Below are positions 28,401 to 36,929 of a DNA stretch of 64,000 nt, piece after piece. The DNA is from Bacteroidota bacterium (GTDB lineage: Bacteria; Bacteroidota; Bacteroidia; Chitinophagales; LD1), in contig JAPLES010000002.1 of assembly GCA_026391075.1 (NCBI GenBank), positions 156,673-220,672 on the forward strand, given 5' to 3'. The position numbers were made by a program, and so were the translations under genes. Position 1 is the stretch's first letter, and each line of letters starts with the position of its first letter. The notes below the pieces were generated by a model. The model did no database searches, was not told the origin of the DNA, and saw only the letters and a list, made by a program, of their open reading frames with translations.

Positions 28401-28532
28401 ATTGAAGAGGGCTGGAACGGAAAATTCAGAAACATAGAACAGGAAATGGGTGTTTATGTTTGGCAAATTATTGCCGAAACAAAAGACCCCGAAGAAATTA
28501 CGCGCACCGGAAACGTAACGTTGGTGCGTTGA
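25413..28532 (+). CDS. Large PKD-repeat surface protein with T9SS type B (gliding-motility CHU_C) sorting domain
   Basis: Signal peptide is present. Repeated PKD-like blocks occur (FTDQS..WNWNFGDGNTS, FTDNS..YAWQFGNGTS). The C-terminus LLVPTAFSPNGDGVNDVFRI..WNRWGEKVF..GWNGKF is typical of the type B sorting domain. Confidence 0.85.
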   Translation: MKKIIFSTLFLICVFVATATHIVGGFVSYTYVAGSTSTYNIQLKIYRDCNSQTPFDGLPDINGTVRTGHIFVYDNSSNLIATIDLDAPIVTTIDPPIDNPCLTNTSGVCVEEGVYTTTYTLPSDAQGYTLAYVRCCRNGSIDNILSPGSQGGTYSAYIPPTNAFHNSSPNFNQFPPTFICLNAPLRFDHSATDIDGDVLVYSLCPPKLGGDTVDPSPLNPPGPPFSDVYWASGFSSSNPLGNNSLQIDPNTGFLTGTPNMQGQFVVGICVSEYRGGVLISTYLRDFQFNVTPCNIPVADIPSIDINPGTGVGTYIINCSNLHVVFQNTSYNPPPVGVPITYNWDFGVPGITTDVSNQPVPFYDYPDTGTYYVTLIATKGTGLQACIDTTYAFVYIYPTHHSDFTTANVCEGTLANFTDQSISTVGNVNQWNWNFGDGNTSAISNPTHLYASAGTYNITLVGGNDLGCRDTIVKPITIYSTPVAGFSFGQTCVNSPVNFTDNSAGTITSYAWQFGNGTSDTQANPTTTYNTVGNFNVDLIVASAGCSDTITKSITVNPVPLVANNDTAICPGQSVQLHASGGSVYTWSPALYLNDSTLANPVSTPVAPSSITYSVTAVNAFQCSASDAITISFLPPPTIFAGLDTSVCLSGANFKDSVQLNASGAFSYKWMPAFSLNYSFIQNPVARPLSNTTYLVMGTDANGCVAFDSVTVYVLDPNINVIVDATKNVCIGDTVYANVTSQGASNYVWTPNQFLVNPNSYSPGFYPAINTTYTLTVSNYCYIKSDDILIVVLPLPTLLFAQKDSVCIGDSLQIFVSGAQNYQWNFDNTLSALNISNPFAQPDTSQFYYVSGTDVNGCTNYDSTFINVVQLPIVNAGNDTLIWKDTKAFLDGSTDASKYFWSPKTFLHSYQSLQTSADITKTQAYVLYVENNFGCVNSDSIIITVETNNLLLVPTAFSPNGDGVNDVFRILRYLNIGKLKEFSVWNRWGEKVFSTSDIEEGWNGKFRNIEQEMGVYVWQIIAETKDPEEITRTGNVTLVR

Positions 28533-28548
28533 TGTGTTGTCGGTTTTT

Positions 28549-28726
28549 GTATTTCACCCGCCTTTGGCGGATCGACTGTTTGTAGAAATAAAAAACCAAA
28601 ACTATTATAGCGCACCGTAGGTGCCGCCTATTAGTGATGAAGAAAAATATAATGGGCGGCACCTATGGTGCGCTGTTGTTCAGATGTGAAACTTCTACAA
28701 ACAGACTGCCCCGAAGGGGCGAATAC
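28549..28726. repeat. ~178-bp nested imperfect palindrome (MITE-like or structured RNA)
   Basis: Outer arms are 28549-28587 and 28693-26 (ending ...ctgtttgtagaa / ttctacaaacag...). Inner arms are agcgcaccgtaggtgccgcctatt (28609-28632) and aatgggcggcacctatggtgcgct (28651-28674). Each outer arm also has its own small GC hairpin. Confidence 0.8.
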
Positions 28727-28823
28727 AAAAAATATTTTCTTACGCGACATTTATACATCAACAAAGCACACTCAAATTGTTTTAATTCAATCAGCTTTTT
28801 AGCTTTACAAAAAATATTTACAC

Positions 28824-29141
28824 ATGAAGAAAATTATGTTCGCCTTTGTTGTTATTGTAATTTCAATTGCATCGTGCTCTAAAAAATCTGCTCCTACTGC
28901 TGCTAAAGAAACAGCCATGGATGGTGCAGCAATATTCGCTAACAACTGTAAAGGTTGCCACGGTGCCGATGGAATTAAAGATAGCCGCACGCCTAACCTT
29001 CATACCATAGCTTTAGATAAAGCGGGATTAGTAAACAGCATCACACACGGCAAAGGTCACATGCCTGCCTTTGAAGACAAATTGAGCACCGCAGAAATTT
29101 CTGCTGTAGCTGATATGATTGTAGGCTGGCACAACAAATAA
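28824..29141 (+). CDS. Class I c-type cytochrome lipoprotein
   Basis: 105 aa with lipobox SIASC, haem motif CKGCH and a distal Met in GKGHMPAF. Confidence 0.8.
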   Translation: MKKIMFAFVVIVISIASCSKKSAPTAAKETAMDGAAIFANNCKGCHGADGIKDSRTPNLHTIALDKAGLVNSITHGKGHMPAFEDKLSTAEISAVADMIVGWHNK

Positions 29142-29143
29142 TC

Positions 29144-30235
29144 ATGAATCATTATCGCGCAATTGGATTGATGTCGGGAAGTTCTCTTGACGGGCTTGAT
29201 ATTGCCTATTGTGAATTTACCTATGAAAACGAAACGTGGAATTTTAAAATTCTGCAAACCGATGTAGTGGAGTTTTCTGCCGAAGGCATTCTGAGAATAA
29301 AATCATTGCCAACTTCCACGTCAAAAGAAATTGCACAAGCGCATACTTCGCTCGGAAAATATTTTGGCAAATGCGTGCATGAATTCATTCAGAAAAATTC
29401 GTTGCAAAATAAAGTTGACTTCATTGCTTCACACGGGCACACCATTTTTCATTTTCCAGAAAAAGGATTTACCACGCAAATAGGAAGTGGTGCGGCTATT
29501 GCCGCACAAACAAATCTTCCGGTAGTTTGTGATTTTCGTTCGGCTGATATAGCGAATGGCGGACAAGGAACTCCCATCGTTCCTATTGGCGACAAACTTC
29601 TTTTTGCGGACTATAAATTTTGCTTGAACATAGGCGGCATAGCTAATATCAGTTGTAAATCCGAAACAGAAATTGTTGCTTTTGATATTTGCGCAGCAAA
29701 TCAGGTGTTGAATTTTCTTGCCAACACATTCGATAAAGAATACGATGCTGCAGGAGAAATTGCGGCAAGCGGAGAATTGAATGCGGAATTGTTAGAAAGG
29801 CTGAACGCAGTAAAATTTTGTTCGTTGCCGTTTCCAAAATCTTTAGACAATAGTTTTTCGCGCGAAACAATTCTGCCGCTGCTAGAGGATTTTGAAATTT
29901 CGTTAGAAGAAAAAATGCGAACTTATGTGGAACACATAGCCGTTCAAATTGCAAATCATATTCAGCGCATTGTCAAAAAAGAAAAAATCAATTTGATATC
30001 CGAAGACAAAATATTGGTAACGGGTGGTGGAGCGTTCAATACTTTTTTAATTGAAAGAATAAAAGCACAAACGAAACTTAGCATTGAAATTCCCAATGAA
30101 GAATTAGTGAAGTTTAAGGAAGCTCTTGTAATTGCATTTATGGGAGTGTTGCGAAAACGCAATGAAGTAAATGTGTTGAAGAGTGTAACAGGCGCAAGAA
30201 AAGATACTTGTGGCGGGGCGGTGTATTTGGGGTAG
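29144..30235 (+). CDS. anmK: Anhydro-N-acetylmuramic acid kinase
   Basis: 363 aa. AIGLMSGSSLDGLD is at the N-terminus, with GHTIFH, NIGGIANI and a VTGGGAFN block. Confidence 0.85.
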   Translation: MNHYRAIGLMSGSSLDGLDIAYCEFTYENETWNFKILQTDVVEFSAEGILRIKSLPTSTSKEIAQAHTSLGKYFGKCVHEFIQKNSLQNKVDFIASHGHTIFHFPEKGFTTQIGSGAAIAAQTNLPVVCDFRSADIANGGQGTPIVPIGDKLLFADYKFCLNIGGIANISCKSETEIVAFDICAANQVLNFLANTFDKEYDAAGEIAASGELNAELLERLNAVKFCSLPFPKSLDNSFSRETILPLLEDFEISLEEKMRTYVEHIAVQIANHIQRIVKKEKINLISEDKILVTGGGAFNTFLIERIKAQTKLSIEIPNEELVKFKEALVIAFMGVLRKRNEVNVLKSVTGARKDTCGGAVYLG

Positions 30236-30311
30236 AGCAGAAAAAATCATTTATTAATGATTGGACACATCGTCAACTTGGAGCCGACAGAGAACAAATA
30301 AACAACAAGAG

Positions 30312-32279
30312 ATGACAAGAAGTTATTACTCCAACACCTTAACCGGTTTCTTGCAAGACGATGAGACGAAAATTCTTGGGCAGCTAAGTTTGAAACATAG
30401 CCACTCACTTGAGGACTTACAGAAAAACGCATGGATTAAGCAAATCAAAATTCTCAAAGATTCCCTCAAACAATTTGACAAAGGACAAATCTATTTTGAG
30501 TTCTCCATTCCGAGAATGGGGAAACGGGTTGACAATATTTTAATCATCAACGACCTGATTTTTGTTTTGGAATTTAAAGTTGGCGATTCAGAATATCAGA
30601 AGCATTCCATTGAGCAAGTAGTGGACTACTGTTTGGATTTGCAAAATTTTCACGAAGGAAGCCATCACGAAAAACTGATTCCACTTTTAGTTTCTACAAA
30701 AGCAGAAGCGATAGAAAATGTTTTTGAAGTCAACGACAATTTGTTTGAACCCATAAAAGCGAATCAACAAAACCTTAGTGAGGTAATTTCTCTTTCACTT
30801 ACTCAAAGCAACGGCACACAAATCAATTCTAAGGAGTGGGAAAATTCCATTTACAAACTTACTCCGACAATTATTGAAGCGTCACAGGCACTTTACAAAG
30901 GACACAATGTGAAAGAAATTTCACGACACGATGCTGGAGCTATCAATCTCACAAAGACAACCGACTGCATCAACAAAGTAATTGAGAAATCAAAAGCTGA
31001 AAACAAAAAATCAATATGCTTTTTAACTGGAGTTCCCGGTGCAGGAAAAACACTTGCCGGTTTGAACATTGCAAATCAAAGGAAGAAGATTGATGAAGAT
31101 GAACACGCAGTTTTTCTTTCTGGAAATGGTCCCTTAGTTTACGTTTTAAGAGAAGCATTGGCACGTGATGCTGTTGCAACTTCTAAGGAAAATAGAAAAT
31201 CATTGACAAAAAAGGAAGCAGAAAGAAATGCACATTCATTCATTCAAAATATTCATCACTTCCGAGATGAGTATTTAGGTCCAGAAAGGGCACCAGTAGA
31301 AAAAGTAGTTGTGTTTGACGAAGCACAAAGAGCATGGGCAAAAGAGCAAGTGGGTTCTTTCATGAAACGCAAAAAAGGCGTTGACGATTTTGATATGTCA
31401 GAACCAGAATTTCTAATCAGTGTCATGGACAGACACGAAGATTGGTGTACAATCATTTGTTTAATCGGAGGCGGACAAGAAATAAATACAGGCGAAGCCG
31501 GAGTTTCAGAATGGATTTCTTCTTTGAAGAATCACTTTCCAAATTGGGGCATTCATTTTTCAAATCTCATTTCCACCGACAACAATTATTTATCTGACAT
31601 TCCATTGAGAGATTGGTTACAAGAAAACGCAACCGAAGAACATGAATTACATCTTTCCGTTTCTGTTCGTTCTTTTCGTTCCGAAAAGATTTCGGAATTG
31701 ATGCATGAAATTTTGGAAGCCAAAATTTCCAACGCAAAGAAACTTGTTTTAGAAGTCAAAAATGATTTTCCGATTTTCCTGACAAGAGATATAACCACAG
31801 CAAAGAATTGGCTAAGAGAAAAAGCAAAAGGAAGTGAGAGAATTGGAATAGTTGCAAGTTCTGGCGGAAGAAGATTGCGACCGTTAGGGCTTGATGTAAA
31901 AAATGAAATCTCTGCACCGAATTGGTTTCTTAATAGCTCTGACGATGTTCGTTCATCAAACTATTTGGAAGAAGTCGCAACAGAGTTTGACATTCAGGGT
32001 TTAGAGATTGACTATGTTTGTTTGGCTTGGGACATCAATTATTATTTCAAAAATGGACAATGGAATTATCAAAGTTTTGAAGGCACTACTTGGCGACAAA
32101 TGCACAACGCAAATGACAGAACCTATTTGCAAAACGCTTACAGAGTTTTGCTAACAAGAGCACGACAAGGACTTATAATTTTGGTTCCCAATGGTGACGA
32201 CCTTGACCACACAAGACCGAAAGAACTTTATGACGAAACTTATAGGTACCTTCTATCATGCGGAATCTCAGAAGTCTAG
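30312..32279 (+). CDS. DUF2075-type protein: N-terminal PD-(D/E)xK-like nuclease fold fused to a P-loop SF1-like ATPase
   Basis: The N-terminal region RVDNILIINDLIFVLEFK has a D..ExK pattern. Walker A is LTGVPGAGKT, Walker B is VVVFDEAQRAW, and the C-terminus YRVLLTRARQGLIILV is a UvrD_C-like block. ATG 30312 is preferred. Confidence 0.72.
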   Translation: MTRSYYSNTLTGFLQDDETKILGQLSLKHSHSLEDLQKNAWIKQIKILKDSLKQFDKGQIYFEFSIPRMGKRVDNILIINDLIFVLEFKVGDSEYQKHSIEQVVDYCLDLQNFHEGSHHEKLIPLLVSTKAEAIENVFEVNDNLFEPIKANQQNLSEVISLSLTQSNGTQINSKEWENSIYKLTPTIIEASQALYKGHNVKEISRHDAGAINLTKTTDCINKVIEKSKAENKKSICFLTGVPGAGKTLAGLNIANQRKKIDEDEHAVFLSGNGPLVYVLREALARDAVATSKENRKSLTKKEAERNAHSFIQNIHHFRDEYLGPERAPVEKVVVFDEAQRAWAKEQVGSFMKRKKGVDDFDMSEPEFLISVMDRHEDWCTIICLIGGGQEINTGEAGVSEWISSLKNHFPNWGIHFSNLISTDNNYLSDIPLRDWLQENATEEHELHLSVSVRSFRSEKISELMHEILEAKISNAKKLVLEVKNDFPIFLTRDITTAKNWLREKAKGSERIGIVASSGGRRLRPLGLDVKNEISAPNWFLNSSDDVRSSNYLEEVATEFDIQGLEIDYVCLAWDINYYFKNGQWNYQSFEGTTWRQMHNANDRTYLQNAYRVLLTRARQGLIILVPNGDDLDHTRPKELYDETYRYLLSCGISEV

Positions 32280-32327
32280 CTGACATCTATGGTTTAACCA
32301 GGCAATACTATAAAGCCTGTCTGTAAA

Positions 32328-33551
32328 TCACTTAAAACTCATTTCACTTTCGCTCGCCCTCTTCGCAGGAAAATAAGCCGCCAGCAAACTCACCGAAACT
32401 ATAATGAGCATAGTTACCACAGGGTCGAGCCATTTTAATTTTACGGGATAGTAATTGATTACGAAACTCGAATCGGCACCGCCTAATTTCAGAAAATGAA
32501 ATTTCATTTGAAGCAACACTACAACGTAACCAAGCGCTAAACCTGTTAACGCACCAATGAGTGAAGACAACATGCCGTTGAGCAGATAAATCTTTTTTAC
32601 CTGTTGCGCATTGCTACCCATTGCTTTTAAAATGGAAATGTCTTTTGATTTTTCGAGCACAAGCATAGAGAGCGAACCAATAATATTGAACGAAATAATC
32701 AGAATGATAAAGCCGAGAATAGCGGTAGTGACCCATCGTTCAATCAGCATTACCTGATAGGTTTCTGCTTTTTGCTCATAGCGTGTGCGCACTGCAAAAT
32801 CTTTTCCGGCTAATTGCGCTAGTCGTTTTTTCGTGGCTTCAATATCGGCATCGGGTTTCAGTTTTATTTCATAAGCCGAAACGCGATTCTCTTCGCCAAG
32901 TAACTCGCGTGCAAAATTCAGATTCACAAAAACATATTTGGAATCAAACTCCTGCTGAATAGAAAAAACTCCCGCAGGAATCACCGACATAGTATTGAAA
33001 GCATCTTCAGGCGCGAAGGCATTTTTCACTCCTTTGCGCGGCACAGTAATGCGCAGCGGCTCGGCTCCGCGCTTTACATCTATGTTCATTGGGTAGCTGA
33101 TGTTAGCGCCTATCACCGCATAATTCATCGAAGTATCGCGCAGTAAAAATTTTCCATCGCGCACATAATTTTTTACGGTAGTAACCGAGTTGTAATTTTC
33201 ATCTACACCTTTTATAGTGGCGAGCTGCGCTTCTTCTCCGTATTCGAGATAGGCGTTTTCTTCGAGTGTTTGCGACAGCGATGCAATGCCGTTGAGCTGT
33301 AAAATTTTAGAACGAAAGAGCGAATCATCTTCAAATGTTTTTCCCTGCACCGCGCGAATTTCCAAATCGGGATAGAAAGAATTGTAGAGCGAAAGCACCA
33401 ATCCTTCAAAGCCGTTGAACACCGAGAGCACCACAATCAATGCGAACGCACCCACGCCCATGCCCAACATGCTCACGCGCGAAATCACATTGATGGCGTT
33501 GGTAGATTTTTTCGAGAAGATGTAGCGTAATGCAATTCTGAATGCAAGCAT
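32328..33551 (-). CDS. FtsX-like ABC transporter permease (LolC/E family)
   Basis: 407 aa with the 4-TM MacB/FtsX layout. The N-terminus is IALRYIFSKKSTNAINVISRVS and the C-terminal FtsX block is LKAMGS..I..IYL. Confidence 0.8.
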   Translation of the reverse strand: MLAFRIALRYIFSKKSTNAINVISRVSMLGMGVGAFALIVVLSVFNGFEGLVLSLYNSFYPDLEIRAVQGKTFEDDSLFRSKILQLNGIASLSQTLEENAYLEYGEEAQLATIKGVDENYNSVTTVKNYVRDGKFLLRDTSMNYAVIGANISYPMNIDVKRGAEPLRITVPRKGVKNAFAPEDAFNTMSVIPAGVFSIQQEFDSKYVFVNLNFARELLGEENRVSAYEIKLKPDADIEATKKRLAQLAGKDFAVRTRYEQKAETYQVMLIERWVTTAILGFIILIISFNIIGSLSMLVLEKSKDISILKAMGSNAQQVKKIYLLNGMLSSLIGALTGLALGYVVVLLQMKFHFLKLGGADSSFVINYYPVKLKWLDPVVTMLIIVSVSLLAAYFPAKRASESEMSFK

Positions 33552-33568
33552 GTGCGTTTTACAATTGG

Positions 33569-34024
33569 TTACTTCTTTGCACGCTTAACCGGTGCTTTAG
33601 CTTTTGTGGCAACCTTTTTTGTCTTTGGTTTTATTTCAGTCTTCGGACTACTCGCTTCCAACTTTATTCGTTCATCGTCTTCGTGTACTTTCTTAAAAAC
33701 TTCATCCATATGGAAAGCATAGTCGAGAGTTTCATCTCTAAAAAATTCTATTTCAGGTGTAACGCGCAATTGATGGCGAAGTTTTTCAACCAGTTTTCTC
33801 TTGAGTTCAAACTTGCGCTCGTTGAATTTTTCAACCACTTCATCGGGGTTTTCGGTATTAAAAACGCTGAGGTAAAAACGCGCTAAACCCAAATCGGAAG
33901 TTACTCGCACTTTGGTCAGTGTAACAAAAGCCTTACCGTAAATAGCTTTGCCATCACGGGTCAGTATTTCAGAAAAAGCTTTTTGAATTTCTGAACCTAC
34001 TTTCAATTGTCTGCGCGAATCCAT
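33569..34024 (-). CDS. rbfA: Ribosome-binding factor A with Lys-rich C-terminal tail
   Basis: Contains RRQLKVGSEIQKAFSEIL, VTLTKVRVTSDLGLARFY and LRVTPEIEFFRDETLD. The tail reads KPKTKKVATKAKAPVKRAKK. Confidence 0.85.
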   Translation of the reverse strand: MDSRRQLKVGSEIQKAFSEILTRDGKAIYGKAFVTLTKVRVTSDLGLARFYLSVFNTENPDEVVEKFNERKFELKRKLVEKLRHQLRVTPEIEFFRDETLDYAFHMDEVFKKVHEDDERIKLEASSPKTEIKPKTKKVATKAKAPVKRAKK

Positions 34025-34148
34025 GTTTTTCTAAATTTCCTCAAAGGTAAAAAACGCGGTTAGAAAAATTTGTTTAAACAAAAGAGTAGTTGCTATTACG
34101 CACGAAGGCTCCCGAAAATCGAGAGCCTTCGTTGGCGGTGTTCTCTGT

Positions 34149-35918
34149 TTAGTAATCTTCCTTCGACTTGTCCTTATCGTTTAAGTGTTTTTCAATTTTA
34201 ATGATTTTCTTTTCTGTTTTCTTCAATTTATCATCGGCATCCTTTTGCATTTTATCGTCATCTTTTTCTAACTGCTTCGAGTCTTTTTCAATTTCCTCTG
34301 TAACTGTTTCTTCCTCATTTGCATTGAAATGATTTTCTCCTTTCAGGCATTTTATTTTTCCGCCTTCGTTAATCCAGGTAGTGTTTGCAAAATAAGTATC
34401 ATCAAAATTGTTGTCTCCTTTTACTGTTGCCGCCCAGTGGTCAATGTTATCCGCAAAACTTATTTGCTTGCCTTCGGGAATTGAAATTCTTACCCGCACC
34501 TCTTGCGCGCGATACTTGCCGTTTTTTTGAAGCAGTGTTGTTGCAGGTAAATTCAGTACCGTATCTTTTTGACTAAAATTATAAATTACGTAATCGGCAT
34601 TTTTAACCGCATCGTTTTTCGATTTTCCTTTCGAGGAAATAATTTTTTCTACATAAAACGAATCGTTGGGAGAAGGTAGCAATTGCAAATTCGGTTTGCC
34701 GATATGAATACTTGAAGCATCTCTTAAATCTTCTCCGTCAATGGAAACACCTCCAAAGCCCACGTGAAAATCTTCGTTGTCATCAGCATCTTCTTTCGAA
34801 AATTTATTTCCTGCAGAATCGGTCAACTGAACAACAATGTTTCCGTTAGGTGGTTGCATTAAGGCTACTTGCTCATGTTTTGTTCCAGATGAATTAAAGT
34901 TGCCAATGTTTTCAATTACAGCATATCCAATTAAGAAAACGCCAATCCACCAAGCGGTAAGCAAAGTCCATTTCAACCAGGGCGCTCGTTTCTGCGTTCC
35001 AAGAATAGCGCGAAGTGCTGCATAAATAATTCCAATAACCGGAGCTGCTACAAAAAGCACCACGCCAATATTAAAGAGCGTAATGGTAAATGGATTGTCA
35101 ACTAAAAGACGGGGAGCCTCAGTAAACAACGCGTTGCCTGCAATAGTAACGCCCAGCATACCGGCAATGAGCGCAAACAAAACTACCAGCCCAATAAAGA
35201 TGATAAAGCCCGCAACTAATTTAGCGAAGAAGGTGAAAATGGTAACGATGATGTGACCGATTTTAGAAAGTATGCCATCGTCATTTCTCAAATTGTTCAA
35301 AGATTCACCAGTACGGTGTGCAGCATCTTTTATTTCTTTTTCAATGGTCGAAATGTTTACCGGCTCACCTTTCATCTGTAATTTTTCAGCCGATGTCAAT
35401 GCTTTAGGAATTACAATCAAGAGCAGAAAATAAATCAGAATCATTGTTCCGAAACTTACGAAGCAAAGAATTACTACAGCTAACCGAACCCAAACCGGGT
35501 CGTTAATACCAAAGTAGTGACATAATCCCGAAATAACCCCACCCACCTTTGCATCATCCGGGTCGCGGAATAATCTTTTCTTAATAGGAACTCCGTTGTT
35601 TGTATTTGCATTCGGCTGTTGACTGTCACTGTCCACTGCCGTTTCGTGCTGCTCTTCACCTGCAATATCTTCGGGCTTACCCATAATGCCGGTTACATAT
35701 TGCACATCATCTATGCTCACCACTTCTTTGCGGTCGCCTAATTTCTGATTTAGCATTTCAGCTATACGCGCTTCAATATCATGTATGATTTCAACACGTT
35801 CTGCTTCGTTTTTAAATTTTGCTTTTAGTGTTTCTAAATAAGTATGAAGTAATTCAAAAGCATTTTCATCAATAATAAAGGCAACGCCTCCTAAGTTTAT
35901 GTTTAATGTTTTTCTCAT
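34149..35918 (-). CDS. PspC domain-containing membrane protein
   Basis: The PspC motif RDPDDAKVGGVISGLCHYFGINDPVWVRLAVVIL is followed by multiple TM helices, a beta-rich domain and an acidic/Lys-rich tail. The gene is adjacent to a PadR gene. Confidence 0.8.
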   Translation of the reverse strand: MRKTLNINLGGVAFIIDENAFELLHTYLETLKAKFKNEAERVEIIHDIEARIAEMLNQKLGDRKEVVSIDDVQYVTGIMGKPEDIAGEEQHETAVDSDSQQPNANTNNGVPIKKRLFRDPDDAKVGGVISGLCHYFGINDPVWVRLAVVILCFVSFGTMILIYFLLLIVIPKALTSAEKLQMKGEPVNISTIEKEIKDAAHRTGESLNNLRNDDGILSKIGHIIVTIFTFFAKLVAGFIIFIGLVVLFALIAGMLGVTIAGNALFTEAPRLLVDNPFTITLFNIGVVLFVAAPVIGIIYAALRAILGTQKRAPWLKWTLLTAWWIGVFLIGYAVIENIGNFNSSGTKHEQVALMQPPNGNIVVQLTDSAGNKFSKEDADDNEDFHVGFGGVSIDGEDLRDASSIHIGKPNLQLLPSPNDSFYVEKIISSKGKSKNDAVKNADYVIYNFSQKDTVLNLPATTLLQKNGKYRAQEVRVRISIPEGKQISFADNIDHWAATVKGDNNFDDTYFANTTWINEGGKIKCLKGENHFNANEEETVTEEIEKDSKQLEKDDDKMQKDADDKLKKTEKKIIKIEKHLNDKDKSKEDY

Positions 35919-35921
35919 GGC

Positions 35922-36263
35922 CTATAAATTTTTGTTGGTTTGTTTAATAATGTCGTTTACCGATGTGGTGAGTTCCGTCCAGGTTTCTATCAGTTCTTTC
36001 AAAAACTTTTTTCCGTCTTTAGTTAACGTAAAATATTTTCTTGGTGGTCCCGAAGTAGATTCTTCCCAACGGTAAGAAAGCAATCCATCATTTTTTAAAC
36101 GGGTGAGAAGGGGGTACAACGTTCCTTCTACTACCAACAGTTCGGCTTTCTTCATGCGCTCAATCAACTCTGTAGGATAATGTTCTCCATCCGACATAAT
36201 TGAAAGAATGCAAAACTCGAGCACTCCTTTACGCATTTGCGCTTTTGTGTTTTCTATGTTCAT
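35922..36263 (-). CDS. PadR family transcriptional regulator
   Basis: 113 aa winged-helix protein with LEFCILSIMSDGEHYPTELIERM..VVEGTLYPLLTRLKNDGLL. Confidence 0.85.
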   Translation of the reverse strand: MNIENTKAQMRKGVLEFCILSIMSDGEHYPTELIERMKKAELLVVEGTLYPLLTRLKNDGLLSYRWEESTSGPPRKYFTLTKDGKKFLKELIETWTELTTSVNDIIKQTNKNL

Positions 36264-36287
36264 ACTATTTTGGTTTTAATTTTTTTG

Positions 36288-36325
36288 TTTTAAAAAATTG
36301 CGGAACCGGTTCATGCCGGCTCCGC
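36288..36325 (-). terminator. Rho-independent terminator/attenuator between the 117-aa gene and padR
   Basis: gcggaaccgg (36300-36309) pairs with ccggctccgc (36316-36325) with 1 mismatch. On the minus strand it is followed by aatttttt. Confidence 0.55.
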
Positions 36326-36336
36326 GTGCTTTTGAT

Positions 36337-36690
36337 TTATGCCACACGAAACTTCACCACGAGTACAAATTTTTCTGTAGGCACTTCTGTTTTCAAATTC
36401 ATTTGTTTAAGCGTTTGCTCTATATAGTTTTTCAATTGCGGGTTAGCCGAATTGATTTCATATAAGCTCACTTTTCCCTTTTCATCAACCGATACTACAG
36501 CCTTTACATCATTGGCTTCTGTGTTTTCGGTTACATATTCGGGACAAGTGATGTTGCGCATAATTTCTCTACGCATATTTTCTTTGGCTGCTTTTTCTAC
36601 ACCGCCAGGAACCGCAGCAATTATTCCGAATGTGCTCATCAGCAAAAAGTAAGTGGTGATGAATAGTGTTGTTGTCATTGTCTTTTTCAT
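36337..36690 (-). CDS. Hypothetical membrane-anchored/secreted small protein
   Basis: 117 aa with an N-terminal hydrophobic anchor and no recognisable catalytic motif. A hairpin separates it from padR. Confidence 0.45.
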   Translation of the reverse strand: MKKTMTTTLFITTYFLLMSTFGIIAAVPGGVEKAAKENMRREIMRNITCPEYVTENTEANDVKAVVSVDEKGKVSLYEINSANPQLKNYIEQTLKQMNLKTEVPTEKFVLVVKFRVA

Positions 36691-36929
36691 GATTGTTGTT
36701 GTTTGGTTTGTTTAATCAACTACTTGACGATGCAATGATACGTTTATTAAATGGTATTATGTAACACATACTACCATGTTTGTGCTAGAACCGTGTCTAA
36801 CCCTTTGGTTTTTAGGGAGAAAAAATTTTGTAGCGTCTTATAAAAAAGATAGAAAGCAAGGTGTTATGTTTAAAACATGGCACGATATTTTGAATAAGCG
36901 GAACATTTTTGAAACCAAAATCAATATTT

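Noticed and set aside
28634-28882. 82-aa ORF in the gap before the cytochrome c gene
   Set aside because: It is generated by the right half of the 178-bp palindrome, overlaps the real cytochrome c start and has no signal or motif.
34102-34132. Hairpin acgaaggctc-N11-gagccttcgt after the PspC-domain gene as an intrinsic terminator
   Set aside because: The stem is good, but no U-tract follows on the minus strand. I left it uncalled, though it may still act as an RNA-stability element.
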